From Anaerolineaceae bacterium (GTDB taxonomy: Bacteria; Chloroflexota; Anaerolineae; Anaerolineales; Anaerolineaceae), in the NCBI GenBank assembly GCA_030653365.1, contig JAURZL010000007.1, positions 434,011-498,010 of the forward strand: a stretch of DNA of 64,000 nt, written 5' to 3'. The translations under genes and the position numbers were made by a program. The notes under the pieces were generated by a model, which was not told the DNA's origin, searched no databases, and worked only from the letters and a program-made list of their open reading frames with translations. Below, piece by piece: positions 57,222 through 64,000 of this stretch (position 1 is the first letter of the stretch; each line of letters opens with the position of its first letter).

Positions 57222-60200
57222 ATGAATACGACATTATTTTTTAAATCCTTAAAGGATAGTCTGAATGAAATTGATCAGAAGATCCTGATCGAGTCAGCCA
57301 ATCAAGATAAGGTAATTCTTAGCAAAATAAGCAATTATGATTTTTACAGTCAGTGTATTGAGACATTCGGAAATAAACTTTCAACGTGGACACTTGGAAA
57401 AATTGCTTTGTTTTCAATTGGTATCAAAATCGATATTCTTGACAAAGATATAAAAGAAAAATTCTATCTCAAGAATTCTATATCTGTAGTAGATGATACT
57501 TTGAAAAATCACATAAAAGAGGTAGATTTTACAAAAGCAACGAATATCGCACTGGCTCTATTTGAAAGAAAAAGGAAAAACCAGTCATGGATTGGATTAA
57601 TTGATGAATTGTCTTCAGGTATTCCCAGAAAATACGTATTGACGACCTGGCGAACCAGCATTTCAATTCTTTATAGTTTACTTAATGATGACGAAAATTT
57701 CCTGCTGGCATTAGTTAATGATAATGATCCCTACTTAGGTATCAGCTTTGTAAACCATATTATCGCAACTCAGTTAATATCCCACAAACAAAAAGCAACG
57801 TTAATTGTCAAATTGCTTGAGAAACTTCCTATTGAGACTCAAATAACCTGGCTTCAAACAATCCCAGTACAAATTTCAATCTTAAGTGAAGAAATTGCAG
57901 TTGCTCTAGGAAATTCTAAAACTTTCACCAGTTCTCAAAATGTCAGTCATACCCTGACCGATTTTGATGATGTATCGAAATTGGACTCGATATTTAAGAT
58001 CAATCTATTAAATGGCTTTAAGAACAAAATCGAAAATTCTCCAGTTCAAGCCAAAAGCAATTTCCGTTCAGCTAAGGAAAAACTTCAAAAGATCCTTCAA
58101 TTAATTGATCTCAACCTGATTCACAAATCGATTGATGATTTGAAAGACGACACAATCAAATATGTTAATGATCCAAAATTCAATGATCTGGTTTTTACAC
58201 AAATAGGTACAGATCAACAAACTTCTGGAGGTAAAAATCAAGATAACCAATTAAATGGAATTCTGGCAAATCTTGCTTTTGCCTGTGAGGTCCTGAAGAA
58301 TGGTGATGCTCCAAAAGCCAGGGAGATTGGTTCGAGGCAGTTTAGAAATTGGATTGAAACTCAACAGTCCAGCTGGCCTTCACCAGAAACGCTCTCTTAT
58401 CTCATAAAACTTGACCACAAAAAATTAATCGAACTTCTCAATAAATTAAGCTTAAATGGAATAAGTGCTGAATATGTGAAATTCTTAGAATCTATTTCGA
58501 TTCCTCGTGTGGATTATCAGGAGGAATATATTGAAGGTCTTCAAACCTTAAATCAGACAGATGAAGCTTATCGAGAATTAAAAATCTCATTATTGTCAGA
58601 CATCAATAATGAGAGTGTATATAAACAGATTTTTTCAATTTTAGAAAAGAATAATAAATGGGACTCCTTGTATTTGGAATGGGAAGATTATTCTAGAAAT
58701 TTCAATTTATCCCACGATGATTGGATTCATTTTGCAGATGCAGCCTTAGAAGCTAAAAAATATGATGAGACAAAAAAAATAATTGAGAAAATGCAAAAAG
58801 AGGGCGTCAATGAAACCCAAATTGATATGCTTTGGGGCAAGATGTTCTACAGAGAAGGTGATTATGAAAAAGCGAGAACCATTTTTGAAGATACAACAAA
58901 AAGATTGCCTGATTATGAGGAAGGTTGGATAGTTCTGAGTGAAGTTTATAACAAGATGGGTTTAATCCAGAAATCATTAGAAACCCTGAGATCTGCAGTT
59001 ATTACAATTCCAGATTCACCAATCATTCAATTTAATCTGGCTAAATCCTGCATCGATCAGGAATTATATGCAGAAGCATTACCTTATATTCGGAAAGCAG
59101 TTGCTTTAGACCCGAATAATGCCACCTTCAATCATTCATTAATTCAAACGTTACAAATATTAGGAAGAATTGATGAAGCAGACACGATTTTAAGTCAGGC
59201 AAGATTGAAATGGCCACTTGAGCCAGAACTTGCTTTTGCTGAAGCGGTTCGCCAGGTTGAAAAACAAAATCGAGATGCTGCTTTGATTGCATTTGAAGTT
59301 TCTGTAAACACTACTAGGATGGACGTCCCGATTTCTCGATTACTTTTGTACGTGCAAACAATTCTTGGTGACCGTCCTGAGAAATTTTTACCAACCGATG
59401 GCAAATTCAACAATATGAGTAATCTGTTGTCTTCTCAACGAATTCTTCAAAAAGCATTAAAAAATTCAGTAGGTGATAATCAATATTTACAAATAATTTT
59501 AGGAGAAATTTATTTCTTAATTGGTGAATACGAAGCGGCTAATTCGTTGTATACGCAATTGATAAATGAGTTTAAATCAAATCAAAAACACCAACCTCTA
59601 TTGTGGAGAGTCTATGCAGGATTGGGACTGGTGAAAATTGGTCTTTCAGAACTTGACAGTGGAATAGCTGCTTTACAGGAAGCGGATCAACTTAATCAAA
59701 AACATTTGGGTATCAAACAAAAATGTGCGGAAGCTTATCTTTCTGCTTCATTGCTAAGTCAGGCTGAGGCAAAAGCAGAAGAAATTTATGAATTAGGATC
59801 CACAGTAATTGATAACTTGTTATGGTATTCCGATTTTATGACAAAATTAGGGAAACCAGAAAGAGAAATCCGTGGTTTGGAACAAATACTCCATTTTGAT
59901 CCATCCAATTGTTCTGCAATAACTCGATTAGCAAGTATTTATATTTCCAATGGCGATTCAGAACTGGCTAGTGAAGTTTTGGAGAGACTAACAAACGTTG
60001 AAAATATTCCCAATGAAGATATTAGAAGCGCTGTGATTTCATTTCTGCGGATCGGGAAAAATGAAGAAGCACTCGTCTGGTTTGGTAAGATTTCAGAAAG
60101 TAAAAATGGTCTCCAAACAAAAGTAAACAAATTTGAGAAAATTTACTTGTTGATTATCAATAATCGATGGGAAATGGCTTTGGCAGAAATTCAGGAGATT

Positions 60201-62591
60201 AAGAAATCCACTTCCAACGCTAGGATAATTTCTTCTCTGGAAGGAGAATGCCTATTCAATAAAGAAGATTATTCTGCTTCTGTAAATGCTTATGAGACAG
60301 CATTATTACTTCAAAAAGGCGAATCAAATGAGGTTATTGAAAATATCCACAAAGGCTCATTAATCCCTGAGAATTGGATACAAAGTCGGGTGCAGGATTT
60401 ACAGATTTTGTATTCATTGTCAATTGCATACAAAAAGCTCATGGAGTTTGATCATAGTCTTGAGGTAATCAACCGAATGATTAAGTTTAATCCATCAGAT
60501 CTTTGGATTTATTTGATGGGGGCAGAATATGCAATGGAAATTACTGATTACGATTTAGTTTCAGATTATTTATTGAAATTAAAAAATAATACAAATTCAT
60601 CAGAGTGGCAGGGAACAAGCATGTATGCAACTGCAATAGATTATGCATGTGCATATCTCGATGGTCGCGATTATCGATTGTCGATTAATGAAAACGAAGA
60701 AAATGATGAAATAAAGAAATTACTTGCAGCTCATCAGATGCTCGATAAAAATTTGTTTGAAGAAGCCACAAAAATATATGATGAAACTTCTCAGTCGAAT
60801 ATTAACGAGACATCCAACTCAAATAAATATGATGATGGAAAATATGATGATATCAAAAAATCCATAACAAAAAGGTTAGCATTGATATTGGCATGGCGAT
60901 TATATGATTTTGAAAAAACAGCAGAATTTCTTGATTATCAAACAAATAATTCATTGGAGCGAGTTGATCAAGCAATTTTCAAATTATCAGTGAATTTAAG
61001 TTACAAAAAATATCTGGGTTTATTCAATTCGAATTTGGTGAAAGCTCACCAAAGTAAATTGATTGAGGCTGAGTTGAACAATCCCGATGTAACAAATCAA
61101 TTGCTATCCGTCATAAATCGATATGGGAAAACAAGAGCGATTAAAAATATTGAACAATTATATAAAGTAATAAAGGAAAAAGATTTTTCAACTGCATTTA
61201 GTCTGCTGAATTCTAAAACACTTCCAAAATACCAGGTTTTTATATTGGTTGACGAATTAATGAAGGCTGGAAAATCGGAAATTGTTAATGAATATTTTAC
61301 AAATTTTAGAAGTGAATTGAGTGACAGCATATTTTATCTCATGAACAGACTGAATGATCCGATTGACGAATTAATTTCATTTATCGAAAACCAAACTTCA
61401 TCGGATGATCCCCTTTGGTTAATGACCTGCTCAATGATTTTTGAGAAAGGTGGATTTCACGATGAGGCTATAGATTTTGCTGAACAGGCATATAAAATTT
61501 GGCCTCAGGAAGATCAATGGGTAATTCGAATTGCAAAACTATATCAAATTATCGGTGATTTTGACAAAGCAGATGAGTATTGGGCGAAAATCGTTGAAAG
61601 TTCTAATAGCACTGAATCTGTTATTTATGAGTATGCAAATTTATTACTCGACAATAAAAAATCCAGTGAGGTAATTCAATTATTGGATCATCATAAGCCC
61701 AATATCGCTGAATCCTTTGAATTTCATTTTGTAATGGCAAAGGCATATCTTCTGGAGAGATCACATGAAAACCTAATCCAATCTATTCAATTAGCAAGAA
61801 AATTTAGACCTGATTCCGCAGAAATCCAATATTTGGAAGCTGAAGCTTATTTGTTGATTGGCGAAGTTGAAAAATCAAAGAACAAAATTCAAGATATTCT
61901 TGTCAATAATCCTAGATTTGAAAAAGCCCATATTCTAAATGCAAATCTTCTCCGAATTGATGGAAAGAATTCTGACGCCATAAAATTGATTAATCGAAGT
62001 TTAGATATATGTCCTGATAGCAAAGGCTTATTAATTGAAAAGGTTCGAAATCTCAGGGATATGAAAAACTATTCAGAGGGATTACTTATCACGTCTGAAT
62101 TGTCTCAGCGTTTTCCAAAGGATTTAGATGTGCTTGAAATTCTGGCTAATTTATATATCGATATTGAGGATTTCCAGGCAGCTGAAATGGTGGCAAGAAA
62201 GAGTATTCACCTTCAACCAAATCAATCATCAATCCATTTACTGTTAGGGAAAATTGCCAGAAAACAAGGGCATTTGGATCAGGCATTAGATCACCTCACT
62301 AAAGCTGGATTAATAAAAATTGAAAGTATAGAACCCTGGTTGGAAATGGGTGACATTTATCTTGAACAAAATGAATTGGAAAAAGCTCTTGATGCTTTCA
62401 GAGAAGCTATCTCAAGAGATGAAAACGATTATCGAGCTTTTTATAAAGCAGGTCTGCTCTTACGTGATCTCAAGGATTATCAAGGTGCAGAGAAGATGTT
62501 GAAAATTGCGTCGTCCCTATCTCCAAAAGACACAAGTATTCGCCGACAATTAGCCGGTGTTATTGCATTGAATTTGGTTCACTCTTCATAG
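57222..62591 (+). CDS. Giant (1789 aa) TPR-repeat protein with a ~500-aa N-terminal region of unknown fold
   Basis: A single uninterrupted ORF with AGGAG SD. From about residue 500 onward there are many 34-residue TPR-like units (for example GDYEKARTIFEDTTKRLPDYEEGW, NELEKALDAFREAISRDENDYRAF). No enzymatic motif recognised. Confidence 0.8.
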   Translation: MNTTLFFKSLKDSLNEIDQKILIESANQDKVILSKISNYDFYSQCIETFGNKLSTWTLGKIALFSIGIKIDILDKDIKEKFYLKNSISVVDDTLKNHIKEVDFTKATNIALALFERKRKNQSWIGLIDELSSGIPRKYVLTTWRTSISILYSLLNDDENFLLALVNDNDPYLGISFVNHIIATQLISHKQKATLIVKLLEKLPIETQITWLQTIPVQISILSEEIAVALGNSKTFTSSQNVSHTLTDFDDVSKLDSIFKINLLNGFKNKIENSPVQAKSNFRSAKEKLQKILQLIDLNLIHKSIDDLKDDTIKYVNDPKFNDLVFTQIGTDQQTSGGKNQDNQLNGILANLAFACEVLKNGDAPKAREIGSRQFRNWIETQQSSWPSPETLSYLIKLDHKKLIELLNKLSLNGISAEYVKFLESISIPRVDYQEEYIEGLQTLNQTDEAYRELKISLLSDINNESVYKQIFSILEKNNKWDSLYLEWEDYSRNFNLSHDDWIHFADAALEAKKYDETKKIIEKMQKEGVNETQIDMLWGKMFYREGDYEKARTIFEDTTKRLPDYEEGWIVLSEVYNKMGLIQKSLETLRSAVITIPDSPIIQFNLAKSCIDQELYAEALPYIRKAVALDPNNATFNHSLIQTLQILGRIDEADTILSQARLKWPLEPELAFAEAVRQVEKQNRDAALIAFEVSVNTTRMDVPISRLLLYVQTILGDRPEKFLPTDGKFNNMSNLLSSQRILQKALKNSVGDNQYLQIILGEIYFLIGEYEAANSLYTQLINEFKSNQKHQPLLWRVYAGLGLVKIGLSELDSGIAALQEADQLNQKHLGIKQKCAEAYLSASLLSQAEAKAEEIYELGSTVIDNLLWYSDFMTKLGKPEREIRGLEQILHFDPSNCSAITRLASIYISNGDSELASEVLERLTNVENIPNEDIRSAVISFLRIGKNEEALVWFGKISESKNGLQTKVNKFEKIYLLIINNRWEMALAEIQEIKKSTSNARIISSLEGECLFNKEDYSASVNAYETALLLQKGESNEVIENIHKGSLIPENWIQSRVQDLQILYSLSIAYKKLMEFDHSLEVINRMIKFNPSDLWIYLMGAEYAMEITDYDLVSDYLLKLKNNTNSSEWQGTSMYATAIDYACAYLDGRDYRLSINENEENDEIKKLLAAHQMLDKNLFEEATKIYDETSQSNINETSNSNKYDDGKYDDIKKSITKRLALILAWRLYDFEKTAEFLDYQTNNSLERVDQAIFKLSVNLSYKKYLGLFNSNLVKAHQSKLIEAELNNPDVTNQLLSVINRYGKTRAIKNIEQLYKVIKEKDFSTAFSLLNSKTLPKYQVFILVDELMKAGKSEIVNEYFTNFRSELSDSIFYLMNRLNDPIDELISFIENQTSSDDPLWLMTCSMIFEKGGFHDEAIDFAEQAYKIWPQEDQWVIRIAKLYQIIGDFDKADEYWAKIVESSNSTESVIYEYANLLLDNKKSSEVIQLLDHHKPNIAESFEFHFVMAKAYLLERSHENLIQSIQLARKFRPDSAEIQYLEAEAYLLIGEVEKSKNKIQDILVNNPRFEKAHILNANLLRIDGKNSDAIKLINRSLDICPDSKGLLIEKVRNLRDMKNYSEGLLITSELSQRFPKDLDVLEILANLYIDIEDFQAAEMVARKSIHLQPNQSSIHLLLGKIARKQGHLDQALDHLTKAGLIKIESIEPWLEMGDIYLEQNELEKALDAFREAISRDENDYRAFYKAGLLLRDLKDYQGAEKMLKIASSLSPKDTSIRRQLAGVIALNLVHSS

Positions 62592-62601
62592 GAGAACTCA
62601 T

Positions 62602-64000
62602 ATGGAATTTTCAAATCCAACTCATGAACAAAACATTAATCGTGGAACAGTTATTCAACTGATTGTTTCAGCATTACAAAATAATAAAATTGTCTTTGGA
62701 AGACAGTTGGCGCAAAAATGGTTATCGTCTTATCCTGGCGATCTTACAATGCAATATTATTTGGCTTTGTTTTACCAAAAAGAAAACAAATTAGATTTAG
62801 CCATAGAAACAACTAAAAATCTAATAGAAGCTGACCCAGAAAATTTAACTGCGCATGAATTTTATGCAACCTTACCAATCCCTGAAGATGAAAAAAACCT
62901 TTCTTTGGCTTGTATTCATATTTTGGGTGGTGTAATCAAAAACAAAAGTGCTTTACCTGCCTGGAGCCCAGCATTACGGGTTGTAAAGAAATCCATAGGA
63001 AAAGAGAAATTTGATAATGCCGGAGATTTAATGGTCAGGGTACTGTCTTTAAAATTAGATAATCCGATTATCAATTTGTTCCACATCAAGTCTATATATT
63101 TTCAACATGACTCTACAACAACCAGAAATCTTGCAGAAATTTATTATCAAAAATGGCCAAAAACAATCCTGTATAAATTAATTCTGGCTGAACAATTATT
63201 AGAAACCGGTGAAGAAGAAGAAGCTGTAAATTTATTACATGAATGTGTCGCAAATGATTCTGCTGGACAGGTAGCTCGTAGATTGTGGGGAGACCAACAT
63301 GTATTCTTACCATTGTGGCCAGAAGTTCTAACTATCCGTTTTGATTTTCAGGTTCCAGGAGAAGTTGCGTCAGATATGGGATGGAATCGTTTACCAGAAG
63401 GAAAATTAGAAGTCAGCAATTACATTTTTGATGGTCAACCAGAAGAAAATTCAAAGAACTTTTCTGGTGCTCCCCGAAGTAAGGCGTTTATGGAGGCAGA
63501 AAAGGAGTTTCAAAGGATTGCTAAATCAATCAAAAAAGATTTTAGCGGCAAGCTGGATGGACGTTTTCCTGTCTATGTAATTATGTCAACCAAAACTGGG
63601 CTTATTCAACAATATGGAGAACAAACCTATAATGTGATCTTGCAATCAATGTCACAGATAAATTTGGTAATGCAAAAGAAACCAGGGTGGGATAGTCTCC
63701 TATTTATTCCAGATGATCCTAAAAGCCAACAAAAATTAAATTTAGCACCGATTACAGTAATCGACCCGTGGAAATTGAAATTAGCAATTCATGATTTAGA
63801 TAAAATGCTTGCAAAACGCGGAGAACGTATTGGATCTTTATTGATTGTAGGTGGAAATGAGGTCGTTCCATTCCATCGATTACCCAATCCAACAGATGAT
63901 GTTGATGACGAAATTATGTCTGATAACCCTTATGGAAGTTTGGATAATAATTACTTTGTTACAAACTGGCCTTTAGGGCGGATCATAGGGGAAAAAGGGC
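62602..64000 (+). CDS. Open-ended ORF (more than 466 aa, 3' end outside the window): N-terminal TPR-like region plus a domain with a gingipain/peptidase-C25-like motif
   Basis: Absent from the supplied ORF track, which lists no plus-strand ORF here; there is no stop codon in this frame in the window. I translated it by hand from ATG 62602 (AGGAGA SD 6 nt upstream) and found no in-frame stop to base 63999. It ends ...LLIVGGNEVVPFHRLPNPTDDVDDEIMSDNPYGSLDNNYFVTNWPLGRIIGEKG. Confidence 0.7.
   Translation, partial: MEFSNPTHEQNINRGTVIQLIVSALQNNKIVFGRQLAQKWLSSYPGDLTMQYYLALFYQKENKLDLAIETTKNLIEADPENLTAHEFYATLPIPEDEKNLSLACIHILGGVIKNKSALPAWSPALRVVKKSIGKEKFDNAGDLMVRVLSLKLDNPIINLFHIKSIYFQHDSTTTRNLAEIYYQKWPKTILYKLILAEQLLETGEEEEAVNLLHECVANDSAGQVARRLWGDQHVFLPLWPEVLTIRFDFQVPGEVASDMGWNRLPEGKLEVSNYIFDGQPEENSKNFSGAPRSKAFMEAEKEFQRIAKSIKKDFSGKLDGRFPVYVIMSTKTGLIQQYGEQTYNVILQSMSQINLVMQKKPGWDSLLFIPDDPKSQQKLNLAPITVIDPWKLKLAIHDLDKMLAKRGERIGSLLIVGGNEVVPFHRLPNPTDDVDDEIMSDNPYGSLDNNYFVTNWPLGRIIGEKG

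Overview
This is an AT-rich bacterial chromosomal segment, densely packed with mostly housekeeping genes. I cannot assign a taxon from sequence alone. Several proteins look like those of Chloroflexota/Anaerolineae-like genomes, but that is only an impression.

Left to right, the window contains:
- Molybdenum-cofactor and formate-dehydrogenase accessory genes (mobA partial, fdhD).
- A PGI/PMI-like isomerase, a GT4 glycosyltransferase and tRNA-Thr.
- An unusual fusion of an ICMT-like membrane domain to a patatin phospholipase.
- udk, a DedA/YqaA-like membrane protein and an M20 peptidase.
- A contiguous cell-shape and division cluster, mreB-mreC-mreD-mrdA-minC-minD-minE-rodA, followed by gltX and tRNA-Gln.
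- A minus-strand block: rel, moeA, a VKOR-like protein and a small Cys-rich polyacidic protein.
- A two-gene flavoprotein oxidoreductase pair, then pfkA.
- A minus-strand block: tig, clpP, a HAD hydrolase, rlmN, ftsY and prfB. The prfB gene carries the classical CTT TGA C +1 frameshift, which the ORF track misses.
- tRNA-Leu, an ADP-forming acetyl-CoA synthetase, htpG, an extended SDR and secDF.
- An AraC-linked sugar-type cluster (Gfo/Idh/MocA, TIM-barrel isomerase, URO-D-like).
- rpmF, hflX, an aminotransferase, an orphan histidine kinase, an M28 lipoprotein peptidase and trmFO.

The most interesting region is 52.2-64 kb. There rpoN, a soluble PAS/GAF histidine kinase and an enhancer-binding protein with no DNA-binding domain are tightly packed. 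They are bracketed by two nearly identical -24/-12 sigma-54 promoters. One lies upstream of rpoN itself. The other is aimed at an operon encoding a small two-TM protein, a 1789-aa TPR protein and an open-ended ORF that is absent from the ORF track and has a gingipain/C25-like motif.

I saw no rRNA genes, CRISPR arrays, transposases or integrases.
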